From: Isurus oxyrinchus
Lineage: Eukaryota
DNA length: 64,000 nucleotides
Assembly (NCBI GenBank): GCA_026770705.1
Contig: JANJGN010000026.1
Coordinates: 31,310,001-31,374,000, forward strand
Direction: 5' to 3'
The notes under the pieces are model-generated. The model saw only the letters and a list, made by a program, of their open reading frames with translations, was not told the origin of the DNA and searched no databases. Shown one piece after another: positions 24,521 through 37,470 of the stretch (the first letter of the stretch is position 1; every line of letters starts with the position of its first letter). A program made the position numbers and the translations under genes.

Positions 24521-25974
24521 GAGAGGGAATGAAATAGAGAATGGACGCGCAGAGAGAGGACGAGAGAGAGATCGGGAGCATTAACTTTTCATATGTAACT
24601 TTAAAAATTATATTATTGTTCTAAAATGAGTTGGTTTTGTAGTTAAACAGACTGTCTTTTTTTTCCAGACCTGTTTGGCCGGACATTCAGAAACACAAGA
24701 TCTTTTTTAAGAAATTGCTTTTTTACTGAAATAATCCTTTTCGGTTCAATCAAAGAAGTTCCTCGGGATTATTTTCCTGTCGAACTTTTTAGCTTTTGAT
24801 CTTTTATGCGCCCTGGCATTTGAAAACCAACTGCTAACTGAATCCTAACGGAAAGTTTTCTGCTCGTGTTTGCACCGACTGTATTACGTTCAATGTTACC
24901 GTGCATAACTTCGTTTCATCTAGTATGTTTCACTTTCAGTTAGGTTTAAACATCATTGCGTCAGATAGCTTGGAAATTGAAAATAAGATGATTTTGAAAA
25001 TAACTTGATTTCTTTCACTATGTTGTCTGCTATGTTCCATTCTATTGCAGTTTTAGCTCCTTACTTTGCTCAGGAGTATTATAACAAATTATACGCATCT
25101 TATGAAATTTATCAATCGGTTTACTTTGTCTCTTTCTCTCTGTCTAACTTCATTGGATTCCATGGATATGTTTTGTCCAAGTAGAGATTAACACCATATC
25201 TCAGCAACTGTAATTTTTGATGATTCATATTTGGCACTAATTCCGATGTGTCAATGAAGAGAAAATGTCCACTAAATGGAAACAACATCCTGTGCAGTGG
25301 GGAATTTGTAATCAACATGGGAGATAAGAGTGACTGATGATTTAGTAGAAGTGCCAGCGAGATTTGATTTAATCACACGACACTTTTAAATGCTGCGTTA
25401 AGAGGGCAGCAAAGAGACCAAATATATCAGGGAATAAATGAATACAGCCAGAAGTTGCTTCCCAACACGAATTACCTTGCTAGGCCATTCTAGAGGGCAC
25501 TTAAAGCTCAACTACATGGCTGGGGCTGTGGAGTCACATGCAGGCCAGACCACGTAAGGACTGCAGGTTCCCTTCTCTAAAGGACATTAGAGAATCAGAT
25601 TTTTTACGACAATAGATGATCGCCATTGGGACTAAGCTGTTTTCAATTCGAGATTGGTTTTATTAATTAATTGAACAGATTCAATTCCACTAGTTGCTGT
25701 GGGGGGCCGGGGTGGGGGGTAGGGGGGGGATGGGGAGATTGAACCCAGTCTCCACATCAGCACTGCCTGAGAGTTGGAGAAGTTTTGTAAAGCGGGGAGA
25801 ACAGAATAGAATCAGGAGGATAACAATCCTGGAAATATTGCACCACATCATAAAGTAATCACGATGTAATACAACGCAGTCAACATCTGTAAGTGACAGA
25901 CACCGGCAGGTCAACGCGTTCCTAAGTGACCTAAGGCCTTACAGGGACCAGTGACATTGCAGCTACCCCACCGT

Positions 25975-26610
25975 CTTCAGTGAAGCCCAATGCAAACTGG
26001 AGGAACAACACCTCATCTTCCGATTAGGCACCTTACAGCCTTCCGGTCTGAATATTGAGTTCAACAACTTTAGGTCGTGAGCTCCCTCCCCCATCCCCAC
26101 CCCCTTTCTGTTTCCCCCTTTTTCCTTTTTTTCCCATAAATTATATAGATTTTTCTTTTCCCACCTATTTCCATTATTTTTAAATATTTTAAAATCTCTT
26201 ATGCTCCCCCCACCCCCACTAGAGCTGTACCTTGAGTGCCCTACCATCCATTCTTAATTAGCACATTCGTTTAGATAATATCACCAACTTTAACTTTAAC
26301 ACCTATGTGTTCTTTTGTACCATTGTCGCTGACATCTTTTGATGATCTGCTTCTATCACTGCTTGTTTGTCTACACAACCACCTCTCTCTCTCTCTATCT
26401 CTCCGCCCCCCCCCCCCCCCCCCCCCCCCACACACACCTTAAACCAGCTTATATTTCAACTCTTTCTTGGACTCGAAATCAAGTTCTGTCGAAGGGTCAT
26501 GAGGACTCGAAACGTCAACTCTTTTCTTCTCCACCGATGCTGCCAGACCTGCTGAGTTTTTCCAGGTAATTCTGTTTTTGTTTTGGATTTCCAGCATCCG
26601 CAATTTTTTT
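25975..26610 (+). mobile_element. Penelope-like element 3' end (GIY-YIG tail plus terminal repeat)
   Basis: QCKLEEQHLIFRLGTLQPSGLNIEFN then a terminal repeat with a hammerhead-like motif; near-identical inverted copy at 60675-61050. Confidence 0.75.
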
Positions 26611-27590
26611 TGTTTTTATCTTGGTAGAAACATTTGCTCAAGTTTACAAACCGCCAGAAGAATTCGCTGGAATGCATATATTTCACTGTGGATTTTTTTT
26701 TCTGACTGGTATAACTGCCATCCTGCGGTTTTTGTTTTCAGCTCAAAAAATAAACTAGGTCATCAAAACCCTGTTGTCTCAGATATAGATAAAGGGAAGA
26801 TGGAGGAGAGCAGATTAATGAGTCAAATTATCAGAAAAGTGAAGGCGAGCTGTTTTAAATCCAGTCCAATATTCTTAGTGTGGGAGTAGAGAGCCTTTTG
26901 AGGGGCTGCGCTCAATAACTGTTCGTGGATTGGTGCACAGAATATCCCATTTGCTTACGCAGCGCCGCAAAGGCCAGTCCTGAGGCCAAGTCGAGTTACA
27001 TACACCATTTGTACCAGTGTTGGGTGAAAAACAGAAAAAGATGTGGACAGGCCCACAAGTTGCTATAATTAATTTACTATTTCCATCAACAATTACAGAA
27101 ATCAAAGGACGGCCCGGTCCATCCAGACTGCCCCGTAGTAGGAATTAAGTAAATTGGAATTGCAGTCACTATGGTAATGTAGGAAATGGTCAAATTATGC
27201 ACAGCAAGCTCCCACAAAGAGCAGTGTGATCATTTGTTTCATTGATATCGTTTGAGGTTTAAATGCACGGGAGATTTGACCAGCTCTTTTGTGCAATAAG
27301 TGGTGGGGTGTTTAAGGTCCTCCTCGGGGAGGAAGGCGGGAGTGCGTGAGAGGCAGAATTTCCATTTAATAGCTCATCCGAAAAATGCCACCACGGACAT
27401 TGCAGCACTCCCTTCATACTCGCAGAAGTGTCAGCCTGAGTTATGTGCTCACGCCTCTAGAGTGGGGCCTGAACACACACATTTCTGATAGAGAAGCAGA
27501 GTTGTGAGATGGAACAGTTAAACTGAGCCGCGGATAGCACTTACCCACAAAGGGTGGGTTTCTATGAGCTGGTAGTTCTACATCACTGCG

Positions 27591-28062
27591 GGTTTTTTTA
27601 CAGCGACAGATGAGTTTTAAACCAGTGTGTTGCGGCTGTGTCCTGGATTTCCGCTCAAGTGATCGTTAGAGGAAACTTCTTTCCTTCGTTAGTCTGACCC
27701 GCCTCGGATTTCCCTTTGGTAAAATCTGCATCTCTTTTACTGCTTCTATCTCGATACAAAATAAAACGCAGAACCTGATTCGTGTGCTGTCTGTACCAGT
27801 ACAGGCCGGGATTACTATGATTTGTTGTGTAGCTACAGTCTATTTTCTTGCTGTCTCCTTCAGTAACATGCAGTGAGGTCTCAGGTTGGGACACAGAATC
27901 TGCCTGAATCAAACCTGAAATAAAACGTAACGAAAAACGAATGCAATACTGAGTTTAAAAGTCTATTAACATCACATAACTGCAAACGGATAAAATGATC
28001 TGGCTGCACCTACCGAACATCAGCCACAATAAAATCAGATGACGATGTGGCATAAGCCACAT
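27591..28062 (-). pseudogene. TCR alpha/delta V pseudogene with leader and 23-RSS
   Basis: Leader 28062-28014 MWLMPHRHLILLWLMF|GTAGGT; V from 27914 ADSVSQPETSLHVTEGDSKKIDCSY...LYWYRQ...FPLTIT*AEIQDTAA (stop; YYC deleted); CACACTG-23-AAAAAAACC. Confidence 0.9.
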
Positions 28063-29424
28063 TATATCCTGAGCAACAATCTCTTCGAAAAGCAGATATA
28101 TTTACTGTTGCAATCTGTTACATTAAGAAACAGTTCTCCAGAGAGCTTTAACGGAAGGGGAGTAAGGGGCGGGGGCTTTTGTAATTCTTCTGTAATTCTT
28201 TTCCAATAAGAAGTAGCGAATGAGTTAACTCGGTCACCACATTTTGACACGAGTGCTGACTGGCCAAATATAGTTCCTCTACTTCCTCCTACGCCGTCTA
28301 ATGGCATCACTCAGTAGATGGAAGGAGGAGGGGACAATGTTTGGCGGCTGGGGGGAACTATTCTGGATGGAGTTTGTGTTTGGCAATTCGCCCCTCCCTC
28401 CCCTCCTCAGACCTCTTGGTCAGGAGAGAAAATAATGAGGTAATTTAAAGAACAACTGTACATTCTTCATGTTGCAGGAGGAAAATAGCGAACCAGAGAA
28501 ACTCGGAGAGAGAATAACAGGACTGAAAAAGACGGAAGAGACACAAATAAGGAAGGGAAGGGTGAATAAGAAACACTGAGGAAGAAATCACACGATGATT
28601 GCCATAAGGGAACAGCTGCTTTTCCTAGTGTTGTTCTAGCCATTGCCCAGTTATGGGCGATGGTGGCAAGATCGGCATTTATTGCCCATCCCTCGCTTCA
28701 CATAAGGATCTTATGATGAGCCTTCTCCTCCAACCACCAGTGTGTGTATGGCGAAGGTGCTCCACAGTACAGCTTACACCGGAGTGAGAATTGACTGTGG
28801 TTTGTAGGATTAATTGATAACACAGCACATAAAGAGGTCATTTGGTTAAGCGTGCATGTGCTTGAAGCCTGCAGGAGTTATCCAATAAACGCGAGGCTAT
28901 TTTCTGTTTCTGTAGACCTGCATGTTTCATTTTGAAACATTTATCCAATTGCTTAATATTGTATCTGCTACCATCATTCTTTCAGGAAGGCTTTCAAGAT
29001 CACAATAACTCGCCTTGAAACAAATCATTAATCCCGCCCCCCCCCCCCCCCCCCCCCCCCCCCACCACCACCACCACCCCCCACCCCTCGTCCCCGCCCT
29101 CCCCGGAATGATTAACTTGAATTGATACCATCTGTTTATCGACCCTCCTGCCAGAAGAAAAGGTTTCTCCTCATGTACTTTCTAAGGAAATTTTCATAAA
29201 TTTGGTCACCTCAATTAAAATTCCCCTTACTTTCTCTGTTGCAAGGGAAAGAAAAGGTTTCTCGATTCACTCGAGCTAAATGATATCCGTAATCCTTGAC
29301 ACCATTGTGTTAGAACATGAAAAATGTGTTTTTCATCATTTTCTTAATGACAGATTTTATTTTTGAAGAGTTGCTCCGTGGCAGATGCCTTTGCTTATCT
29401 CTCCAGCTTTTCTCTGGTATAACG

Positions 29425-29998
29425 ATGATTTATACGGAGTAGAGCGGCTTTGAAACACTGTGACTTTCAATCCGCAGAAATAGATGGCGCTGTCTTTAGG
29501 CTCCGCTGCAGAAATTGACAAAGGAAAAACTTGATATTGACGGAAATCACGAGCATCGAATTTTCCGTTCCAAACTCGCATCCCTGCGCCTGGTTTTATC
29601 ATAGTACAACAGAGACTGGGATGCCTGGTTCGGGCACAGCCAGTACCAGCAGCAACCCGGATCATGAGAACTGGAGTTGTATTTACAGTTCAAAAACGGA
29701 TTATCTCCCTCATGTACCTTCAACTCATATTGACTCTGCATTACCGAACTCCCTTGGGTTTTATCTGTAAAATAATATAGAAACTTCAGTTAACACACTT
29801 ACTGGTTACGAACATTCCAGTCCACAATTACGGTATAACTATTATAAGGGACATTTGGATAATTCACACTAGAGAAAGAAAGACATTTTAACATTTACAG
29901 ATTACAAGGGGTAGAATGATAAGTCATATCAACACAGGGCTCACATGTCCCAGTATACCTATTACAAAGGAGATCAGGAACAGCTCAACAGCCGTCAT
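29425..29998 (-). pseudogene. TCR alpha/delta V pseudogene
   Basis: Leader from 29998 MTAVELFLISFVIG; V 29764-29463 SVMQSQYELKVHEGDNPFLNCKY...WY, frameshift near 29570, then FPLSISAAEPKDSAIYFCGL; heptamer CACAGTG at 29462-29456, weak nonamer. Confidence 0.88.
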
Positions 29999-30215
29999 CT
30001 CTAAAGTCCTGGCAAAATATTCCTGACTATAATGTTAAAGTCTTACCGGGCACGTGCTTAATCAAGGTTTGTTTCCTTGGCTCATGATCACCACAATGAT
30101 ATCCCGAAAGTTGCTCTGTTACAAACAGCAGAAATGACCAGGTGATAGACGTGAGCAAGAAATAAACACAGTTAGCGGCAGTCTGGTTGGGCTAGCAAAG
30201 ATCACTTGTGTGCAT

Positions 30216-30228
30216 GGTTACGTCACTC
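30216..30228 (-). promoter_or_regulatory. CRE-like decamer upstream of a V leader
   Basis: AGTGACGTAA ~220 bp 5' of the ATG at 29998; TCR V promoters characteristically carry CRE-like motifs. Confidence 0.45.
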
Positions 30229-30249
30229 TAGTGGAGTACTAGGTGCCAC

Positions 30250-32030
30250 AAAACCCACTGTAATATAAATAGACACATAATCTGGAGTATTATAAAAAAA
30301 TGTTTAGTTTCGTAATGCAATAACTGAGGCAGGCCTTGTGCAATATAAATGAAAGCAATGTTTCAGATATTTTAACCAGAGACATATTCTAAGTAAGTGC
30401 TAACTCAGTGCTTTGCGAGGTAAGCATGGCATACCGAAGTAAAAACTGAAACAAGCATCTAGTGTAATTCAAACGAAGACAAGATTTAGTGCTGATATAA
30501 CTGCACAACCAGTGGTGAAGTTTAAACACTGACGGATCGTGGTCTAACATAAAGAAACAATTTCTTCAGTGCAGTGATTCCTTCCTCTGATACAAGGTCT
30601 AGTGTAAAATAAAGATAGAAATGGGCTACCGCGGTAATAACTGACGCAAGCCGATGGTAAACTAAAAGGATACACGTCTATTTTAAAATAAGCAATGACA
30701 TTGACTTGTGCGATGAAACCTGAGATAGGGTCTTGCGTAATATAAGCAACCACGTGATTTGAAGCAGAGCATAGAGAAAGCGCTACGCATAAGATAAAGA
30801 GTTATATAGTACAGTGCTAACAAAGAAAGGTCATCTAATGCAATAATTGCTTGGACACAGTCCAGCATAATACAAATGGCGACATGATCTACTGTCGCAA
30901 AAACAGAGGCAAGGCCGAGTCTTTAATAAGTTGAAACACACATTCCTGTGCATTAATATCTGTGGCAGAGTTTTGTGTAATATGAACAGAGATAATATTC
31001 GTACACCAATAACTGAGATAGGAATAGTGTAACTTAAACAGTTGAACAGTGTAATGTAATATGTAGAACAGCATCTACTGCAATATAAACATGGCTGGGA
31101 GCTTGTGTAATATGAAGAAAGACAGAGTCTAGAGTTGCAGTAACTGGGCAGGCCCTCAATTATTGTGAACAGTAACTTTATCCAGTCCAGTTATGACCAA
31201 TACAGCGCCCAGAGCAACAAAGGAAGTGTCATGTTCTTGTGTAATATAAACAGGAACAGGGTCTCCTGGCATATAAACTGAAACATGGCCGTTTGCACGA
31301 TTAACTGAATCATCCCCCAGTGTAATATAGCTGAAGCAGAATTTAATTCATTAATATCTAAGACCTGGCCGACTGTAATGTCAGAAGGGATGTGTTGGAC
31401 GGCAATGATAAACTGACGCCGGTTCCGTCCGAAAGCAAACAGACACATGGTTAAATGGAGTAACAATTAAGAGATGGCCTAACACATGTTAAAGAGTAGA
31501 AGGAGCTGAGATCGACACGGATGCAAAGGCACAAGAGACGAGTCCAGTACAAAATAGAATAATAAGTGATCTCGTGCAGCAATTAAGGAATTGCACTGAG
31601 ACCGAGTCTGTAGGAGATAGAACAATGGCATGGTGTTCTGGGATATTGAGTCAGAAACATGATCTAGTGTGATATGAAATCAGATAAATGTGTGGGGTAA
31701 TATGGACAAACAGAGATCTAGTGTAATGAAAACTGAGATAAGGCCTGGAATAATCTGCAAAGGGACATTTCGCATTTTACAACAAACAAAGATAGGATGA
31801 AAGTTAACAGAACTATAGTCTGGTGCAGTATTAAATAAAATAGGACCTAGTGTGAAATAAGCAGGGGACGAATCTCATGCTGTAATAAAATGCCACTTAG
31901 TCCAATATAAACAGAAACATGATCTGGTTTAAAATTATCAGCGGCATGGTCTAGTGCATTAAAAACTCATAGAGGACACCATTTAAAATCAGTGGCATCG
32001 TCTAAAGCATTTTTTAATAAAGCCTGCTGT
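30250..32030. repeat. highly decayed ~30-bp satellite
   Basis: Recurrent TCTAGTGTAATATAAAC[T/A]GAGACA-like words, the reverse complement of the array at 63700-64000. Confidence 0.7.
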
Positions 32031-32149
32031 AATCGAAAGGAAGGTATGGTCCTACTGCCACCAGGTGGACGCTGAATGCAATGTCCCCAGTTCGCCGATG
32101 CCAAAACGTTGATGGAAAAGATAGCTCTCAGGAGGACGCTAAGATTCTG

Positions 32150-33750
32150 AAAAGGAATACAAACTGGTTAAATGTGTGGAAGCACCATAAAGACGGACTA
32201 AGCATGAAATCCTGCACTTGGTGACGGTGTTGGATGGATGGGGGGGTGGTGGTGGTGGGGGCGGGGGGGGTGGTGGGTAGGGACAGGATATTACTTATGG
32301 ATCACGGAAAGTTAAAATTCTGGCACAGTCTGCAGTTAGGAAATCAAATGGTATGTTAGCCGATTTAGAAACGGATTAGAGTAAAAGAGTTTAGAAGCCT
32401 TACAGCAATTGTATAATTAATTGTATATATCCCAGTGAGATTTCCTAGGGTACTGTACACAGTTTTGGTTTTCAAACCTAAGGAAGGATGTATTTGCCTT
32501 AGAGAGGATAAAACAAAGGTTGACCACATTAATTCCAGGGATGAGGTGCTTGTCCCATGAGAAGAGGTTAAGTCGGCTTTGCACACGTTCCACTGAAGTT
32601 TTTTTAATTCTTTTTTTAAGGGATGTGGGCTCCTCTGCCTGGGCCAGCATTTTTTGCCCATCCCTAATTGCCGTTGAGAAGGGGTTGGTGAGCTGCCTTC
32701 TTGAATCGCTGCAGTTCCGGTGCTGCAGGTACACCCAAAGTCCAATTACAGATGGGATTCCAGGATTTTGACACAGCGACAGTGAAAGAGCAGTGATATT
32801 TTCCCAAGTCAGGATGCTGGGTGGCTTGGAGGGCTGATTCCTGATGTTGGTAATCCCTTGTGTCTGCTAGTCGTGGTCCTGAGTTTGGAAGGCGCTGTCT
32901 AAGGAGCCTTGGTGAATTCCTGCCGTGCAGTTTGTAAATGGTACACACTGCTGCTATGTGCGTCAGTGGTGAAGGGAGTGAATGTTTGTGGATGGGGTGC
33001 CAAATAAGTGGGGTGTTTGATCATGGGCTGTGTCAAGCTCCTTGAGTGTTGCGCTCATCCAGACAAGTGGACATTATTCCACCACACCCGTGACTTGTGC
33101 CTTCTGGATAGTGAAAAGGATTTAGTGAGTCAGGAGGAGAGTGACTCGAAGCACGATTCCTAGCTTCTGGCCTGGTCTTGTAGGCATACTTTCATGTGCC
33201 TAGTCCAGTTCAGTTTCTGGTCAATGATAACACCCAGGATCTTGATATTGGGGGGATTCAGAGATGGCAATGCCATTGCACGTCAAGGGGCGATGGTCAA
33301 ATTCTCTCTTGTTGGAGATGGTCATTGCCTGGTACCTGTATGGCGTGAATATTACTTGCCACTTATCAGCCCAAGTCTGGACATTGGCTAGGTCTTGCTG
33401 CATTTGGACATGGACTGCTTCAGTACCTGAGGAGTCGTGAATGGTGCTGAACATTGTGCAATCATCTGTGGACCTCGTCACTTCTAACCTTCTGATCTAA
33501 GGAAGGTCAGCAGCTGAAGATGGTGGGGCTAAGGGCACTACCCTGAGGAACTCCTGCAGTGATGTCCTAGAACTGAGATGATTGACTTTTAACAGCCACA
33601 ACGATCTTCTTTTGTGCTGTGTATGACTATAACCAGCGGAGATCTTTCCCCCAAATGCACATTGACTCCACTTTTGCCAGGGCTCCTTGACGCCACAGTC
33701 AGTCAAATGCTGCCTTGATGTCAAGGGCAGTCATTTTCAACTCCCCTCTG
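32150..33750. mobile_element. CR1 fragment (+) interrupted by a CR1/L2-clade LINE (-, ~32610-33750)
   Basis: Minus-strand ADDCT.FSTI-like, MQQDL.N.Q.WADKWQV.F and GVPQGS motifs; plus-strand YC.QFW-like remnant. Confidence 0.75.
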
Positions 33751-34784
33751 ATAATAACGAGAGAGGATCTCATATATAATTCTTAAGGGGCTGCAAGGAT
33801 TTCGGCTTCACCGTGGAATCTAGTACCAAGGCTCACAGTCTCAGCATACGGGGTCGACAATTTGGTACTGATGGTTCTGTACCCATTGAGCTGTGGGGCT
33901 TCTGGTGACAAAAAAGAATGAATGAATATGGGGATATTCCTGTAACATGGAATTGAGATAGAATATGAACCATGAATTCACTGCTTGGTGGTGAAGACTC
34001 GAATGGTCGATTGCCTAATACATTCCTAGATCGTATATTTTTATGTTGAACCATCTCCTTATTTTTACATAAATAGAGAAACGTGGTCTAGTGCATTCAT
34101 TCGTGTTCCAGTGTCTAGTGTAATATAAACAAAAATATGACTTGGTACAGTGCAACTGAGATAAGTTCGAGTGGACTAAAGACAATGACATGTTCTTGTA
34201 CAGTAATGACAGAGATAGGTCCTTGTGCACTATGAGCAGAATCTCCGTTCAGCTGCCACTACGTGTCTACAGATTTCCAAAGCGCCACTACAACACTGCC
34301 TCTTTATTTCTATTGCACATTTTTATTTTCAGCACTGTTTGAAAGTTTGACATTGTAGTTAATGTAAAAATGGTGGGTGCAAGTTACTGATTCTCGTACT
34401 AGCAGGTCAGCAGACACTGATGACCACCTCATCACGTTCAGCAGGAGGTAAAATGGGTTTTATGTGCACTAATTGAAGATGAGCTTATTTGATTTATGCA
34501 CAGAAACATCAACGGCAGAGGAAATTGGCTTGGACCCCAGCAATCTTTCTTCGGTTATTTAAGGTCAAGAGAGGGATATTGACCAATATATAGTGTAGGA
34601 CCATGAGAACTTTAATTCCTCCCAGAACAGCCAAGGTTCATGATCTCCCCAAAAAGATAGCATCTTTTCAATAGCCCGATTAGAATTCTGATATTTGTGC
34701 TCAGGTTCTGAAGTTGAGGTGGAATCCACAATGTAATGACACTCAAATCAGAACAATCAGAAAGGAATAATTGGTATTCTAGTT

Positions 34785-35010
34785 GTGCGAGGCTTCTTGA
34801 GGATGAGTGACCAGAATATGACAGAATTCTTCATCAAGATGGAGAGTGACATAGTTGATTCTGAGACTAGGGCCCTGAAACTTAATAAAGGAAACTACGA
34901 TGGTTTGAGGCGCGAGTTGGCTATGATGGATTGGGAAACGATACTTAAAGAGATGACGGTGGATAGGCAATGGCAAACGTTCGAAGAGCACATGGGTTAA
35001 CTGAAACAAT
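34785..35010 (+). mobile_element. CR1 ORF2 fragment (EN-RT linker)
   Basis: SD.NM.EF.I..E...LNKGNYDG.R.ELA..DW...L....VD.QW.TF. Confidence 0.7.
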
Positions 35011-35867
35011 GTCACTTTAGCTGAAAGGCTTGAGGTAATATCTTATATTTACATATATACCATTGCATTCGCTAATGTAGTTCCTGTTAAGCTTCCCGAT
35101 GTTAATATCACATAAAGCAGCCTGAAGAATACAATTACTAAACTTAATTCATCCAATTCCAATTTATGGGCTCATCAAACCTAAAGGAAAGACGGGGCAC
35201 ACTCACCCCATCAAAACTGTGCCCGCTTTCTGGAAAAAAGTGCCTATAATTAGTTGTACTCTCTTTCTCTTTTTCCAAACTCCTGCACGTCTTCCACTTC
35301 CAAGCATCCGTACAATTTCCTTTTGAAGGTTACAACTAAATATGGTCCCATCTCCCTAAAGGAAATAAAGCCCAGCTCACAGCAATTCGCTGCATAAAAA
35401 ATTTACCTTTTCCCCTTTATTCCTCTACGAATTGTCTGAACATTGGCTAGTGATCCTTCTGCCAGTGGAATTAGCATCTCACTAACAATTCTGTAAAACA
35501 AACCTTCAGAAATTTAGAAACCTCTATTATAATCCCCCTGTAAGATTCTTGTCCTTTTTCTCTAATTTCTTCAGATACCCGAGGTGTCTCATCTCTGGTT
35601 CAATTTGAATAAATATCTTCTGGGCCTGCTCCAAAACTATTGCATGCTCCTGAATGTGTGGTTTCAAATAAATTCAATACCTTTTTTTCCCTTCAGATAA
35701 ATTCTAGCGATATATGTTCGCTTACAACTAGTCTAAGCAATAATTTGCGTAATTCCAGTCTCTGTACTAAGACTATTACTTTCGCCGACAGCGCACAGAA
35801 TCACCTGTATGCTCAACAAAATTGGTTTGTTTAGAATCACCTGTATGCTCAACAAAATTGGTTTGTC

Positions 35868-36005
35868 TAGTTCTTTCGAAGGGTCATGAGGACTCGAAAC
35901 GTCAACTCTTTTCTTCTCCGCCGATGCTGCCAGACCTGCTGAGTTTTTCGAGGTAATTCTGTTTTTGTTTCGGATTTCCAGCATCCGCAGTTTTTTGGTT
36001 TTTAT
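35868..36005 (+). mobile_element. solo Penelope-like terminal repeat
   Basis: Near-identical to 26482-26610. Confidence 0.75.
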
Positions 36006-36936
36006 ATTATTGGTTTGTTTTCAATGTCCGTTAGATCACTGCCGCCACCTGCTGACCAACATCCTCTACTACAGGCCCTGGAGTTTATCTAAAATGATTC
36101 AGAATTCTACACGTAACATGTCCATTTGCTAGTGAATTTCAGTCAGTGAAGTTTTTCAGCGCAAACCACGAGAGACAAGAGATGAAAAGGATTTAAGACG
36201 GAAGTGCCAATATTACTGTTATGAATTTCGAGAAGTTTTCCGTGAGAAGGTGTGCAGTTACTGAGGAAGAGACTGGCAGTAAAGAAAGGAACAAAACCAT
36301 TTCTGCTGGTGGAGTGGGTTGAACAGCTGCTGCTCAGTTTCTTCTGGCGGAGGCTCACTTGCGCCCATTTTATAGCGCATTCCAAATGTCTGCAACGAGC
36401 ACAGGGCGTATCGAAATTTTAAAGATATTTTCAGTGCACAGTTGCAACACGGAGATGTTTGCGCCATCTTTTTACTTATATTTTCATTACGCTAGACAGA
36501 CGTTCATGTGATAGAATCAGAGGCATGGCGTAATAAAATATAAGCAGGGCAAGGGCCCAATATAATAAAAGTCCAGAGACAGCGTCTGATGTAATATAAA
36601 CAAAGATATGCATTTATGCAGCAACATCTGACACATGGCCAAATGTAATATAAATTATTATATTATAATATAATGCATCGTATTATGAAATACTATAATA
36701 TAATAACATTACATAATCAAATGTAGCTACGTAGGACAATCCGTTGTGACACTATTCTATGCATGGGTAAGGCATTCAAAGTTTGTGGGCTTGAATCCCA
36801 CCAGGGTCAAATTTTGAAGGGGCGAATAGAGACAAACTCAGCTCTGATTCTGCAGCAGTGATAACTGCGACGGGGTTCTTGTGTAATGTCACGTGAAATA
36901 GATGCAATGCTGGAATAAACTAGACAGGCTCTTCTG

Positions 36937-37470
36937 TTGAGGCTACAGCAGGAGTACTGTGTGCAGTTCTGGTCGCCACATTATAGGAAGGATGTGATTG
37001 CACTGGAGGGGGTGCAGAGGAGATTCACCAGAATGTTGCCCGGGATGAAACATTTAAGTTATGAAGAGAGGTTGGATAGATTTGGGTTGTTTTCGTCGGA
37101 GCAGAGAAGATTGATGAGCGATCTCATCGAGGTGTACAAGATTATGAAGGTTAGCACCCCTTACTTGAAGGGTCAGTCATAAGGGGGCATAAGTTCAAGG
37201 TGAGGGGCAGGAGGTTTAAGGGGGATGTGAGGAAAGCTTTTTTTTTGCCCAGAGGGTGGTGATGGTCTGGAATGCATTGCCTGGGAGGGCGGTGGAAGCG
37301 GGTTGCCTCACATCCTGAAAAAGTACCTGGATGAGCACTTGGCACGTCATAACATTTAAGGCTATGGGCCAACTGCTGGTAAATGGGAGCAGTTAGATAA
37401 GTCAGGTGTTTCTCACATGTCGGTGCAGACTCGATGGGCCAAAGGGCCTCTTCTGCACTGTGATTCTGTG
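36937..37470 (+). mobile_element. CR1 LINE 3' end
   Basis: EYCVQFWSPHYRKDVIALEGVQRRFTRMLPG...DLIEVYKIM; 3' terminus CTGTGATTCTGTGA. Confidence 0.9.
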
